A stretch of 63,361 nucleotides of DNA, counting the filler, from Basidiobolus ranarum (lineage: Eukaryota), in assembly GCA_040143965.1 (NCBI GenBank). It is 36 parts of 36 records of this genome, joined end to end, with 100 filler letters (N's around TTAATTAATTAA, not from the genome) between each part and the next. Parts side by side here need not be neighbours in the genome. Positions count along the whole stretch, not along the records: positions 22,999 to 24,664 come from JASJQH010011476.1; positions 24,765 to 26,430 come from JASJQH010011477.1; positions 26,531 to 28,195 come from JASJQH010011478.1; positions 28,296 to 29,959 come from JASJQH010011479.1; positions 30,060 to 31,723 come from JASJQH010011480.1; positions 31,824 to 33,486 come from JASJQH010011481.1; positions 33,587 to 35,248 come from JASJQH010011482.1; positions 35,349 to 37,009 come from JASJQH010011483.1; 28 more parts are not named here. One strand, 5' to 3'. The translations under genes were made by a program, and so were the position numbers. The notes under the pieces were generated by a model. It ran no database searches. It was not told the DNA's origin and was given only the letters and a program-made list of their open reading frames with translations. Below are positions 23,753 through 37,009 of the stretch, piece by piece. Numbering within the stretch: the stretch's first letter is position 1; every line of letters begins with the position of its first letter.

Positions 23753-24103
23753 TGATAGATGTGTTTAGAGGACTTGAAGTGTTTTGGCCAAGATTTGGAT
23801 TTGCTATTTAGATACTTAAGTTTTATTGAATTGCATATGTTCTGTTTATAGTTTACTATGAAAAAGGACTATTGGACATGCTTAGATCTTAACAAACAAG
23901 CCTGTTAAGCATGGGTGAGAATATGAGGTGATTTAGCCAAGTTTTGAGAATATAGTGAAAATTGGTAAAAGTGATCTAAATGATATTTCTATCAATTAGA
24001 GCAATAAACACTTGTTTTTGGGTGAAAGAATTGAGTGCCACAAAAATAGAATATAAATATACTAACTACTAAATAACAAGTTGCTATTTACCTAATTTCA
24101 ACA
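23753..24103 (-). repeat. Copia family A 3' LTR
   Basis: Inverted family A LTR; PPT complement TTCCCACT at 24104; RNase H remnant 24104-24508 (-). Confidence 0.85.
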
Positions 24104-24508
24104 TTCCCACTGAACTATTTAATTTGTATTTCTCTGGAATCTAACTTATCTCTTAATAACTTAAATTGTGCTTTAGCTAAAGGTTTGGTTGAGATGTCAG
24201 CAATCATGTCTTCAGTGGGCAACAGACAAGTTCTATTATATCATTCTCTATTACTTCTCTAACCAAATGATGCCTAATGTTAGTATGTTTTGTTCTAACA
24301 TGAAATGCTGAGTTTTAGCTAATAAAATAAAACTTTGATTATCTTCTAATACAGTAGCAGCATGTGTTTGGATGCATCCTAAATCTGTAAATGCCTTTCT
24401 TAACCACATAGCTTCTTATGTGATAGCAGAGGCAGTCATATACTCTGCTTCTGTAGTGGAAAGTGGTATGGTTGGTTGCTTCTTGCTATTCCAAGTTATG
24501 GCTCCATT

Positions 24509-24664
24509 TGTTAAATTAGGTAAATAGCAACTCATTATTTAGTAGTTAGCTTGTTCATATTCTGATTATTTAGTACTCAATTCTGTCATTCAAAAACGTG
24601 TGTTTATTGCTCTAATTGATAGAAATATCAATTAGATCACTTTTACCAATTTTCACTATTTTCT
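24509..24664 (+). repeat. Copia family A LTR, left part, nested in Copia RNase H
   Basis: TGTTAAATTAGGTAAATAGCAACTC. Confidence 0.8.
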
Positions 24665-24764
24665 NNNNNNNNNNNNNNNNNNNNNNNNNNNNNNNNNNNN
24701 NNNNNNNNTTAATTAATTAANNNNNNNNNNNNNNNNNNNNNNNNNNNNNNNNNNNNNNNNNNNN

Positions 24765-26430
24765 TTCATATTTGGATTACATACCATTGATTCCCCATTG
24801 TAAAGTTTTGATGAAATCACCCAAATATAGATCATTGATCCAATAACAAAGTACTCACCAACAAGCTGATGGTGTTACCAATATAGTTGATGGATATCAC
24901 AACCAGAATCTGAAAAGTCAAGGTTTCTTTGAGAGCACATATGATCATGCATTTGCATTGGCTCAGGATGGCTTCTCACTAAACAAATATATCATTGGAA
25001 AGGCTTGCTGGCCAACAATTTTAATTAACTTAAATCTTTCTCCTTGTGAATGGCATAAGAGTCATAATATTTTGATACTATCAATCATATCTGGACCTAA
25101 ATCACCAGTGCTTATAGATGCTTCTTGGAGCCTTTGATTGTGGAATTTTAATGGTTATCAATTGGGGTTCAGTTGGGTGAATATTTGATTAAAGCTAAAA
25201 TCATTGTATGTATTGGTGAAACTCCTGCCATAAGTAAACTTGGAGGTTTTTGCAGGTACAATGCACTATCTTGCTGTACATTTTGTCAAATCAATGGTGC
25301 ATACTTTTTCAGGCATATGCATTACTACTATCCAAATACAATACCAAACTCCATGATTTTACCATTAAGAGCCCAGTCGGATTTCAAAATACTCACTCAT
25401 GTCAATTCACTAAATAGTCAGTGTAATATCAAACTTGGTATTAGCCATAAGTCTATGAGGATATTGCTACAGGGGAGCAGCTGGAGCCAGGTCTTCCCAT
25501 TAGGCCCTATACACTTACAACTCAACAACATTCCAATACTACATACTCAGCTGTATAGTGGAAAATTGAATATTGATGAGCTATATGAGATAGGATCAAA
25601 GTTTGAATTAATTGGGAATATGTTTAAAAATGTGAAGATACCATCATACTTAACCAGGACTCCCATCAAAATCCACTCATCTAAGCATTTATTCAAATGC
25701 AAAGACTGGAAGTATTGGATTTGTATATATTTAAGTGTAATCTTAAAAGATTTCTGCCAAATAAGTAATGGCAACTTTGAGAGTGGTTTATAGATATTGT
25801 TAATATATTGGCTTGTTCCAATGTGCTAGGATTTATCTGACCTCAGACCAATATATTACAGTAAATGTGTTTGAAATTCATCATGCCAGAGGGTGCTTGA
25901 TAGTGCTAAATTGTGCCGCAAAATTTTTAGAATACTTTATCCAATATGATATAAACAGCACAATCTGGCACTATCACAGAGAACAAGTCCATTCTTATGG
26001 CATTAACTAATATTAGCAGATCTCAGGCAGATACAGCAACTGTGCAAAGATTTTGTAATTGGATATGAAAACCTTCCTTACAGGTTTAGAAAAGATAGAC
26101 TGAATCTATGCCAGTATTCACTACATTCCCTGCTGCATCTTTCACCATGCTTAGAGATTATAGGCCCTTGCTATTCATTGTGGGAGTTCCCAATGGAGTG
26201 CACCTGTGGGGAAATGAAGCTTCATGCAAAATTGAAAATATTGCAATATGCTAAGCTGATTAACAATGTATCATCAAGATCTGTGATGGATGTCATGCAA
26301 TGGGTTAAGGAGATTCTAGAGTATATTAACCTTCAAACAAAGGGCTCTTTTCAATGTGCTCACAGGTTTTGCATTGTTTGAGCATAATTACAGCAACAAA
26401 ACTCAATCCTTGGATGCAGAGTAGGTGCTT
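24765..26430 (+). pseudogene. CACTA/EnSpm transposase pseudogene (best core copy)
   Basis: ALAQDGFSLN; CWPTILINLNLSP; IISGPKSP; IGETPAISKLGGFCRYNALSCCTFCQING; FKCKDWKYW; WEFPMECTCGEMK. Confidence 0.9.
25810..25990. mobile_element. 181-bp MITE, PIF/Harbinger (Tourist)-like
   Basis: TIRs GGCTTGTTC / GAACAAGTCC; 3-bp TSD ATT at 25807-25809 and 25991-25993; empty site visible in the paralog near 6550. Confidence 0.8.
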
Positions 26431-26621
26431 NNNNNNNNNNNNNNNNNNNNNNNNNNNNNNNNNNNNNNNNNNNNTTAATTAATTAANNNNNNNNNNNNNN
26501 NNNNNNNNNNNNNNNNNNNNNNNNNNNNNNCTACTTTCATGTGCCCAAGCAATTTTGGGTTGTTGTGTAGGCTTAATGGTCCAACACATATTCTGCTCTG
26601 CTAGATTGTCATGGTGACATT

Positions 26622-26998
26622 TATTGGGAAAATATGGGCTGTTTGGAGGAACTTTAGAAAAGTGGAATTGTGAATAGCTTTGTGAGATAATTGTTTATTG
26701 TCCAGAAATTAAACATTTATACATTTTGGTGGAAATACAGAAAACTAACACTGGGGTTGTGTTCAGAACATCTGTGGGAGTAAATGAGCTATCTTTGGGG
26801 CAATTTGGACAAGTTTGAAATTTCCAATATGGAATTGCTAATTCTTACATTATTCACATATATATATAATATATGTTCTGATTTTCAGTTGAGTGATATT
26901 TGACTAAGTAATGTTAGCTAACTCATATGTGATATATGAAGTAGTTAGGTGTATAAAGATAGAGATAACAAGTATGATAAAGACAATAAACTTCAACA
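26622..26998 (-). repeat. Copia family C 3' LTR (TG...TA ends), inserted in CACTA ORF2
   Basis: + strand TATTGGG...CTTCAACA, followed by PPT complement CTCCTACTC. Confidence 0.85.
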
Positions 26999-28195
26999 CT
27001 CCTACTCAACTAAATATTCATATATCTTAATCCTAACTTAAATCTTAATTCTTCATATTTTGGCTTGGGTAATGGTTTGGTAAGGATGACAGCAATCATC
27101 TCCTCAGTTACTGTAGTTGGACATGCTTATTCTCAATAGCTTCTCTAACAAAGTGGTGTTGAATGTCAATATGCTTACTTCAAGTATGAAATTTGGGATT
27201 TTTAGCTAGAGAAATACAACTTTGATTATCCTTGAAAATTATGGTGGGTGAACTTTGGAAAATGCCCAAGTCTTTGGAGAGTTTCCTTAACCACATAGCC
27301 TCCTTTGTTGTATGTGATGCTGCCATGTACTCAGCTTAAGTTGTTGAAAGTGCTACAGTGGGTTGTTTCTTGTAATGCTAAGATATTGCTGCTTCACAAT
27401 AGAGAAAGGATAAATCTAGTGATAGATCTTCTGTCCTCAATATCATGTCCCCAATCTGCATCACTAAACCCAATTAGACTCTCATTCTGATAAGAATATG
27501 AGTATCTTAATCCCAGATGAATTGTCCCCTTTAAATATCTGAAAATCTGTTTAACTGCTGCATAATGCTCAGATCCTGGGTTTCACATGTTGGCTGACTA
27601 CTTCCACTGCAAAAGAGACATCTGGCCAGGTTCTACTCATAGCATAGATCAAACCACCTACCATAGATTGATAAGGAAACTCAGGGCTTTCAAATGACCT
27701 ATTTTGAGCCACATTTGGCCTATTTTCATCATTTTTGATGGGATTATTGACTAGTTTCACACCTGGATCCATGGGAGTTGCTACTGGCTTACAATTCTCA
27801 ATCCTGTAACATCTGAGATTGTCTGAGAAATATTTAGATTAATTCAGAGTAATGGATTTGCTCAATATATCTGTATGGATCTGCAGGCCTAAAAAATATG
27901 TAAGTTTACCTAAATAAGCATATTGAATTAAACTGATAGATCTCTTTTGGTGTTCCTGAGAGGTTCTTGATTATTGGTAGCTATAATCAAATCAGCTACA
28001 TATAAGACAAGTATTACCTTACCGTCCTATCTGTCTTTAAGTACATCCCAAAATCCACCATACTCTTTTGGAAATCAATTGATTCCAAGTGTGTGTCTAT
28101 CTTAGTGTACCAGGCCCTGGGTGATTGTTTAAGTCCATAAAGTGATTTTTGTAGCTTACACACATCCCCAGGGTGCCCAGGATCCACAAAATAAT
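26999..28195 (-). mobile_element. Copia family C RT/RNase H remnant
   Basis: PYQSMVGGLIYAMSRTWPDVSFAV; KHIDIQHHFVRE. Confidence 0.9.
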
Positions 28196-28295
28196 NNNNN
28201 NNNNNNNNNNNNNNNNNNNNNNNNNNNNNNNNNNNNNNNTTAATTAATTAANNNNNNNNNNNNNNNNNNNNNNNNNNNNNNNNNNNNNNNNNNNN

Positions 28296-28781
28296 ACTAC
28301 AATATCTTGATCAGTGGTAGGTACTCCAATGCATTCCATTTCATCCACTAAAATAGTAACTCTATTAATTAGTGATTTAATGTCATCTCCTGGCTTCATC
28401 TTTAAGATAAAGAATTGTCTTCTTAGAAACATCTTTTTGGCAGCAGAACTTTTTTGGTAGGTGTCTTCCAAGGCTTTCCATACCTTCTTGGCAGTTTTAG
28501 CTCTTGAACATTGAATTAGCAATTTGTCTTTAACATTAAGAAATATTGTGTCAAAGGCACTTTGTTCTTTTTTAACCTGGAGTAAAACTTTAGTTTCAGA
28601 TAGTTTTGCATTGTTTTCTTCTCCTGTAACAGTGTCCCAAAGTCCTTTTTCTTGCAGCAGCATTTTCATTTTAATTTTCCAAACTTGCTAATTGGTTCGA
28701 TCCAATTTTTCAGAAGAAGGAAAAGTTCCATAAATTTGAGAAGTAGACATTAGAGAGAGTGCAAGCTTGGGACTCATAACC
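28296..28781 (-). mobile_element. Copia family B gag 5' part with half-tRNA-iMet PBS (28769-28781)
   Basis: PBS GGTTATGAGTCCC; ATG at 28750; KMKMLLQEKGLWDTVTG..TAKKVWKALEDTY. Confidence 0.88.
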
Positions 28782-29129
28782 TGTAAAAGTATTTGGGAAC
28801 CTGTTGGAAGTGGTTTGGAGAATTAGAGGAATAGATGGTTTTCACTCATAGATTTATGGAGTAGAAAGTTGACATTTATAGTTTTGTCAAGATGGAAGCA
28901 AACTAACATGTAAAATATGTTACGGAAGGTCCCAGGAACATGTGTGGAAAGTTTGGGGCTTCTAGCTCAAGTTTGAAAAATCTATATATCTGAGGACTTC
29001 TAAGTTGGTAACAATATTCTAAGTAAATTCCAATTGAGAATAATTGATAACATCTTAGTGAATTATAAGATAACTAAGTACTAAGCTATATATGACTATG
29101 TAGGTGCTTAGGCAATGCTAATTTCAACA
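28782..29129 (-). repeat. Copia family B 5' LTR (about 348 bp), inserted in CACTA sequence
   Basis: TG...CA ends, abutting the PBS. Confidence 0.88.
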
Positions 29130-29959
29130 GAAATAGCTTATAATAGGCTAAAATTGCCATCCATTACCAGGAATATCTTGTAAATCACCTGATGACTCAT
29201 CTGTGACACTGTCTCAGAATCAGCTGATAATATTGATGGGCTATACCCAAAATGATACCCTCACATTGGAGGGGTTCTTTTTTCTACCATATCCTTCTCA
29301 GGCTGCAACCAAATGTTTAACACAGCCTTGCTATTATTGTCACATATTCTTGTGCTGTGAAAGCCAGAGGTTTCATAGAAAAAATAATCACAAGCATGGT
29401 CATTGTACAAAGCCACTAGCTGCACAAAGCCAGGTGAATGTCAACAGTACTAAGTACACAAAATCACTTCAGTTTTGCCCACTGAGTCTACTGCAGCTTT
29501 CCGAGAAATATCACCAAATTATCACACAAACAAATTAGTCTATATTAAAGAGGTACTTACTCAGTGTCCATGGATTGGGTTTTGTTGCTGTTATTGTGCT
29601 CAAACAATGCAAGAACCTGTGAGCACACTGAAAAGAGCCCTTTGTTGGAAGGTTAAAATACTTGGGAGTCCTCATAACTGATTGCATTACATACATCACT
29701 GATTTTCCTGATACATTGTTAATCAGATTAGCATACTGTAATACTGACAATTTCACATGGAGCTAAAGCAATAATACTTCATATCTTGATCTATCTCACC
29801 AAGAAGTCTATCTTGCAGCTTTCCTAAAAATACCATCAGATTATCACACAAGCAAATTAGTCCAATTAAAAAGGTACTTTCTCTGTGTCCATGGTTTGGG
29901 TTTTGTTGCTGTTATTGTGGTCAAACAATGGAAAAACACATGGGCACATTGAAAAGAGC
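29130..29959 (-). mobile_element. CACTA transposase 3' region (two partial copies in tandem)
   Basis: LQYANLINNVS..TKGSFQCAHRFLHCL, continuing from DUF4218; 29810-29959 repeats 29490-29640. Confidence 0.75.
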
Positions 29960-30059
29960 NNNNNNNNNNNNNNNNNNNNNNNNNNNNNNNNNNNNNNNNN
30001 NNNTTAATTAATTAANNNNNNNNNNNNNNNNNNNNNNNNNNNNNNNNNNNNNNNNNNNN

Positions 30060-30315
30060 GGATGTAAATCACCAGGGCTTATAGATAGCTTCTTGGAGCC
30101 TTTGACTGTGGTATTTGAGTGGCTTTCTAATGGGGTTGAGATGGGTGAATAACTTATTAAAGCTAACATCACTGTATGTATTGGTAACACTGCTGCCATC
30201 AGTAAACCTGGAGGCTTTTGTGGGCAAAATGCACTATCTTGCTGTGGATTTTGTCAAATCAATTCAATTTACTCTAACAGGCATACGCTTTACTACTATC
30301 CAAGTACAACACTAA
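30060..30315 (+). mobile_element. CACTA transposase core fragment
   Basis: KSPGLIDSFLEPLTVVFEWLSNGVEMGE..IGNTAAISKPGGF. Confidence 0.8.
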
Positions 30316-31121
30316 CAGTCACTCATAGATAACTAAACTTGGACTTTGGTTAAGTTGCCTGATGACCAAAAATCAATTGGATGCAAATCAGTGTTTAAAG
30401 TAAAATAGCAAGATGATGGATCTGTAAAAAGATATAAAGCCACAATTGTGGCTAAAGAATACTCTCAAATGGAAGGAGTGGACTAAAATGAAAGATTTGC
30501 GCCTGTAGCAAAGCTTAATTCCATCAGAACTATATTAGGAGTGGCAGCAAAATATAGCCTAAAAATCCATCAAATGGATATTAAAACTGCTTTTCTGAAT
30601 GGGGACTTGGAAGATCATGTATTGATGGGTTGACCAGAAGGTCTTGTGGATCCTGGGCACCCTGAGGACAGGAGTAAGCTACAAAAATCACTTTATGGTC
30701 TTAAACAATAACCCAGGGCCTGGTACACTAAGATAAACATGTACTTGGAATCACTTCATTTCTGAAAGAGTACAGTAGATTTGGGGATCTAATTTAAGGC
30801 AGATAAGGACAGTAAGGTGACACTTGCATTGTATGTAGATGACTTGACTATAGCTATCAATGATTAATAACAATAATTTTCAAGGATAATTAAAGTTGTT
30901 TTTCTTTGGCTAAAAATCCCAAATTTCATGCTAGAAGTAAACACATTGATATTCAACATCACTTTGTTAGGGAAGCTACTGAGAATAAGCACATCCAACT
31001 GGAGTACTGTCCAACTGAGGACATCATTGCTGATCTCCTTACCAATCCATTCCAAGCCAAAATTTGAAGAATTAAGATTTAAGTTAGGATTAAGATATAT
31101 GAATATTTAGTTGAGTAGTAG
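30316..31121 (+). mobile_element. Copia family C RT/RNase H remnant (internally deleted)
   Basis: HQMDIKTAFLNGDLE; LALYVDDLTIA; ends at a PPT-like tract before the LTR. Confidence 0.88.
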
Positions 31122-31497
31122 TGTTGAAGTTGATTGTCTTTATCTTATTTGTTATCCCTATATTTGTACACCTAACTATTTCATATATTACATATAAGCT
31201 AGTTAACATTACTTAGTCAAATATCATATAGCTGAAAATTGGAACATATGTTATATATATGTGAATAATGTGAGAATTAGCAATTCTATATTGGAAATTT
31301 CAAACTTGTCCAACTTGCCCCAATGATAGCTCATTTTAATTCCACCGATGTTCTGAACACAACCCCAGTGTTAGTTTTCTGCATTTCCACCAAAAAATAT
31401 AAATGCTTTATTTCTGGACAATAAATAGTTATCTCACAAAGCTATTCACAGCTCTACTTTTCTAAAGTTCCTCCAAACAGCCCATATTTCCCCAATA
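31122..31497 (+). repeat. Copia family C 3' LTR (TG...TA)
   Basis: TGTTGAAGTT...CAGCCCATATTTCCCCAATA. Confidence 0.85.
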
Positions 31498-31723
31498 GTG
31501 GCTTCCAATTCAGCAAGAAACGCTAGGAAGTTTCAAAGAAGTGGAGATTGATTTTCCATCAAAGGAGCAAGCCAAGATAGAGCTGTTCCTGATAATTGTA
31601 TTCCTACCAAGCCTACTTTTGTTTGGTCAGAAGGGTAGCAATGGGGATGTAACTGGATGATGAGCCTTACTTGGTTAATAAAACCATGATAGTATTTGCA
31701 AGTGCCATCAAACCTATTTGTTA
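31498..31723 (-). mobile_element. Ty3/Gypsy gag fragment
   Basis: Manual translation FDGTCKYYHGFINQVRLIIQLHPHCYPSDQTKVGLVGIQLSGTALSWLAPLME (retrotransposon gag-like). Confidence 0.75.
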
Positions 31724-31823
31724 NNNNNNNNNNNNNNNNNNNNNNNNNNNNNNNNNNNNNNNNNNNNTTAATTAATTAANNNNNNNNNNNNNNNNNNNNN
31801 NNNNNNNNNNNNNNNNNNNNNNN

Positions 31824-33486
31824 CTTGGTTTCTGGGTTTCCCACAATTGGCTCTAATACAGGTGATTTTGGGCAAGATTCTGCACAGTTTCCAAGATGTT
31901 AAGCCACTCATCATCAGGGCAAGTGACAGTAGCTCAGTCATTCAGAGTCTTTTGGTTTGCCAGTTTTCCTATGAGATTGCTACTTTCATATGCCCAAGCA
32001 ATTTTGGGTCTTTGTGTAGGCTTAATGGTCCAACAGATATTCTGCGCTGCTAGATTTTCATGGTGGCATTCATATACATGGTGTGGGATTTATTGAAATC
32101 CCAAAGGAGAATAGATGGAGGGAGCAGCACGTTGCTGTAGCTCAAGTACAGCATTCTGAAGGTCTTGTATCATTGTTGAGTGACTATCTAACTGTTGACT
32201 AGTAGCTTCCAAAAGCTGCATTAATTGCAATATTGCGGCATTATTGCTTGTAATGGCATTTATAGCAACTTTGTAGTTTTTACGTATGAATGCAAACATA
32301 TCATTATGGTGCTCTGCCTAAGAATACCTTGTGGTAATCATTGATGAAAATAGGTAAATAACAACTTGTTATCAATAATTCTATTCAAACTGTCTATGCA
32401 GTAGTGTTTCAATAGGTTGCAGAGTAGGCATTTGGAAAGTTGATGGTCTCAATGGTGTTTCTGTTAAACTTTACTTAGTAACAATATCCTTCTCATGTGG
32501 CAACACAAACATTTAAAGAAGCCCTGCTATTATTGTCACAAATTCTTGTGCTATGAAAGCCCAAGGCTTTGTAGAAAAATTAATCACCAGCACAGTCACT
32601 GCACAAAGCCACCAGCTGCTCAAAGCCTGGTGAATATCACAGTAATAAGTACACAAAATCACACTTAAGTATGGCCCACCAAGTCAACTGGTGTTGCTTT
32701 ACCTCAAAGTTTTGGTAACACTGCAAAAAGTCAAGATACTGTGGAGTTACCATGGTTTAATAACCAGAATGATGTAGGTAGAAATGCAACTTTGCTCAAA
32801 CCAGTAAGTCCAGACAACTTTGAGGACATGCTGTTAGATGTTCACCTTTGTTATACCAGTATGGATGGTTGTATATCAAAAGATTAAGAAAAAAACAATT
32901 GTTTTATTGCTGACTCTTTGCCATAGGCAGGCATTAGTCCACTTGTAATACTTACTGTAAAGGCAGAAGCTTTGAATATTAAGAAGTGGAGAATTTAATC
33001 CATTCTTAGCAACCAGGTGTTTATTGGTTTTCTTACACTTTCACCATAGTCAATTGGCAACTGTTGCTTGCAACACACCTGGTATAGGTGAAAACACCTG
33101 TTAATTTTAGGACTTATAATCCTTGAGTAATTAAACTGTCTACATGTCCAAATGGTTGTTTGGCTTTATGTAGATATTTTTGGCTTTGTATTCCAGCCAT
33201 AATGATAATCAATATATACAAGAATCTTGTTGTGTTTAGTCTCTACATATGCATATATTTGACTGATTAGACATAACTGAACAACATCAATATGCTTTAC
33301 CAGCAAACTAACGGTGGAAACATTGCTAAACATCTGAAATTTTGAAGAGCACTGACACTTGGCAAATAGCTGACTCTTGTTACCATGCACAATGAGAATA
33401 AGCTCTTGTGTTTTGGCAAATTTCCATTAAGAATTCAGCCAATATATCCCTGACTAGCAGTCAACGAATGTCCTGCCACAAGTAGA
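31824..33486. mobile_element. Rearranged CACTA fragments: ORF2 (-), ORF1 3' (-), transposase N-terminus (+), end B subterminal (+)
   Basis: Pieces match 56640-57255, 29320-29490, 5330-5600 and 61490-61610. Confidence 0.75.
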
Positions 33487-33586
33487 NNNNNNNNNNNNNN
33501 NNNNNNNNNNNNNNNNNNNNNNNNNNNNNNTTAATTAATTAANNNNNNNNNNNNNNNNNNNNNNNNNNNNNNNNNNNNNNNNNNNN

Positions 33587-33800
33587 GGACATCATTTCTT
33601 TCAAAGGGGGCCGATGTCATGGAGCTTGAATACAATATCTAATGTGTGGACGGGAGGATAATGCAGGGAAACACTGATGGAAGGAATGTGAGTTATATAC
33701 AATGAAGATGGAGCCGGAGGCGTTTATCGAATCTAGAAGGGTGTGAAGGACAAGTAAGCTCCAGATGGCAGGCATATATATAGGCGTCTGGTGCATTATG
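33587..33800 (-). promoter_or_regulatory. Possible host promoter and gene start (TATATATA near 33778; ATG at 33620, MTSAPFERNDV...)
   Basis: CpG-retaining DNA, pyrimidine-rich leader, ORF runs off the contig end; product unknown. Confidence 0.3.
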
Positions 33801-34814
33801 TTTCTTAACAAATGGAGAATTCATCGAACGAAGAGAAATGGCACCATTTGTATTTGATGTAGATTTGTCTCCTATTGAACAGGGCCAACGAAGAACTTCC
33901 TAGCAACAAAGGCAATAAGGAGAACATGAAAGGGTGGGACAATAAATAAGGAGCAAATACCAAATGGGAAGTTCAGTGACCAAAATAATCTAAAATTGCC
34001 ACGGATCCAAAATTATCGAGGAATTCTCTTTGTTCAGATAGCATAGCGTATGCATTAGCTAAACCCAAAAGGAACTGTTCTTGCTTCGAGCAGTCTTTAT
34101 TGCTTGTGCGCAAAGCACGTTTGATTGTAAGTAGGTATTAGCTTCATGTTGCATTCCAAGATAAATTCCATACATTTCATTCGCCGTTTTATGCACATGG
34201 CATGTATATCATTCTTGTAAGCCGTTCATCAGGAAATTTTAAAAGATACCTTTCGTTTTTGTTTGTTGCTTGGGCATGCTCAGTATTCGGTACGAGTCAT
34301 CCTTTCACTCTGGATTTCCTGGTCTGAACAATCGGTGGTATTTCGAAACCTTTGTTTATGGTGTGATTGGCGAAACGGCCCAGTGGGGAAGTACGGAGGA
34401 GACAAGACATACGAGACAATGGTGATGTATGTGCATGCATATAAAAGGGATAAATATGCTCACGTAACGGCAAGTCCATGTTCCAACGGTTAATACGGAA
34501 GGATCCATTGTAAGAGCAACAGACTGGTTTCCTAAAACAATTCTCGATAAAATAATTCTAATTCTTGGCACATTCTGAACTGGATTTGATTTCCTTTAAT
34601 AATAATAACAATGTCCGATTACGGTGATAACAGGCGAAACACTCATCGAGCGATTAACCACTAAATATGACATTGACGAATATAAAGAAGATGCGGGGAT
34701 TTTGTACGCCATTTGTGTGCATGTAGATGTATGAAAAGTTATCAGCATAGTTTGTCAAATTTCTCGATATAAGCTGAAACAATAAAGCAGTTGCAAAACT
34801 AGAATATGGTTAGA

Positions 34815-35228
34815 TTAAGACTGAATGAACTGATTTGCAGCTTTGCATAAATCGTTTAACGAAGTGCTCAACGAATCTCTAAAGATGTCGCTATCGGTTT
34901 CCTTACAATCCTTCCAGCTGGAGATGCTGAATTTGATGTTGTTCTTTCCAATAGCATAGTTCACTCCGTAACCTTCGGGTACTACTGGTGCAAAACCACC
35001 ATAGAAGTGATCCCCTGGGCTCATGTTGGAAGTAGAGAGCTTGAAATACATAGACTTGAGGTACGATGGGTCCGAGAATATAGTGGCAGTCTCACGCTCA
35101 GCATCTGTTTCAATTACTGATCTTAGTCCCAAAAGATGCCTGTCCACACCTTTACCGCTACTAGCTGCTTTCATATACTCCAAATGGGATTCGATGGCTT
35201 TTTTGAACAGGATCAACTTCTCGCGTTC
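34815..35228 (-). CDS. Choline/carnitine O-acyltransferase family, last exon
   Basis: GKGVDRHLLGL, FKLSTS, GGFAPVVPEGYGVNY motifs; probable 3' splice site TTCTTTTTCAAG before 35228; no PTS1 at the C-terminus (FIQS). Confidence 0.92.
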   Translation of the reverse strand, partial: EREKLILFKKAIESHLEYMKAASSGKGVDRHLLGLRSVIETDAERETATIFSDPSYLKSMYFKLSTSNMSPGDHFYGGFAPVVPEGYGVNYAIGKNNIKFSISSWKDCKETDSDIFRDSLSTSLNDLCKAANQFIQS

Positions 35229-35348
35229 CTTGAAAAAGAATGGCCAATNNNNNNNNNNNNNNNNNNNNNNNNNNNNNNNNNNNNNNNNNNNNTTAATTAA
35301 TTAANNNNNNNNNNNNNNNNNNNNNNNNNNNNNNNNNNNNNNNNNNNN

Positions 35349-35458
35349 TAAGTAAATTCCTTATGAGAATAATTGATAATATCTTAGTGAATTATAAGAT
35401 AACTAAGTACTAAGCTATATATGACTATATAGGTGTTTAGGCAATGCTAATTTCAACA
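35349..35458 (-). repeat. Copia family B LTR, partial
   Basis: Ends GCAATGCTAATTTCAACA. Confidence 0.8.
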
Positions 35459-35716
35459 TTAACACCACAGTATAGAGCTACTGTCAAGACTAGATCTGCT
35501 CCCAACAAGGTGCAATTGTACATAGATTGATTAAATTCTTGGTAGGTTGCTGGCATGGTAAACTAGTGAGTAATAATTCATTCAGACTTAACTATTATAA
35601 CCAAAACAGACCCTCTACCTTTGGTATCTTATTTTCATTCACAACTGCCTTGTGATAGAGTTCCTTACATTGGTTTCAGAGGAATTTCATTTGCATTTAT
35701 TCTCAATCCCTATGAG

Positions 35717-36063
35717 TGTTAAAGTATTTTGGGTGCCTATTGGAAGTGGTTTGGAGAATTAGACAAATTGGTGGTTATCACTTGTTGAGTTATTGAGTTC
35801 AAAGTTGACAGTTATAACTTTGTCAAGATGTAAGCAAACAAACATGTAAAAGATGCTAAGAAAGATTCCAGGATCATGTGTGCAAGTTTGGGGCTTCTAG
35901 CACAAGTTTGAAAAATCTCTACATCTGAGAACTTCAAAGTTGGTAAAATATTCCAAGTAAATTCCAATTAAGAATAATGGCTAATATCTTAGTGAAATAT
36001 AGGATAACCAAGTACTAAGCAATATATGACTATATAGGTGTTTAGGCAATGTTAACTTCAACA
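35717..36063 (-). repeat. Copia family B 3' LTR
   Basis: TG...CA; PPT complement CTCTCCCTC at 36064. Confidence 0.88.
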
Positions 36064-37009
36064 CTCTCCCTCAACTAAATAGTCATATAAACTTATCCTA
36101 AGGAAGGTCTAAATTTCTCAAATTTCTCTCTAGCCAATGATTTAGTTGATATATCAGCAATCATGTCTTCTGTAGAACAATAAGTTAAGTCAATAAACTT
36201 ATTCTCTATAGTCTCTCTAATGAAGTGATTTATAATATTTGTATGTTTGCATCTAATATGAAACATGGGGTTTTTAGCTAATTAGATATAACTCTGATTA
36301 TCTTGAAATATAGGAGTTAACAAATTTTGAGAATAATCTAAATCTGTAATGAGTTTTCTTAACCACATTGCTTCTTTTGTTGCTTCACCAACAGCCATGT
36401 ATTATGCTTCTGTTGTTGAAATTATTAAGGTAGGTTGTATCTTTTAATTCCAGAAATAGCTCAATGAAAGAAATATGTATCCTGTTGATCTCCTGTCTTC
36501 AATATTTCTTCCCCAATTTGCATCTGAATATCCCATCAGATCAAAGTTTGATCCAGAATATGTGTATTTTAAGTATAGATCCACAGTATCTTTCAAATAT
36601 CTGAAAATCCACTAAACAGCTATGATTTGATCAGAACCATAATTTTGAAGATATTGGCACATAACTCCCACAGAATATGCAATATCTGGCCATGTTCCAA
36701 CCATGTTGTACATCAAACTACCAACCATAGATTGATAAGGAAATATCTGGCTTTCTTTTGAATCCAAGAACATCTGATTTGAGCCATTTTTGGTCAAGTT
36801 AAGATTTGTCTCCATTGGGCTAGTTACTGGATTACATTCTTCCATTTTAAACTTCTTTAGTATATCTAGGATATACTTAGACTGGTTTAAAGTTATTGTT
36901 TTGATAGTTCTATCTATCTTAATTTGGATTCCAAGATAGTACATCAGTTCACCAAGATCAGTCATTTTGAATTTGGCAGATAAGCTGGATTTGGGTTTCT
37001 CCAAAGTCT
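36064..37009 (-). mobile_element. Copia family B RT/RNase H remnant
   Basis: FKMTDLGELMYYLGIQI...PYQSMVGSLMY..WPDIAYSV. Confidence 0.92.
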
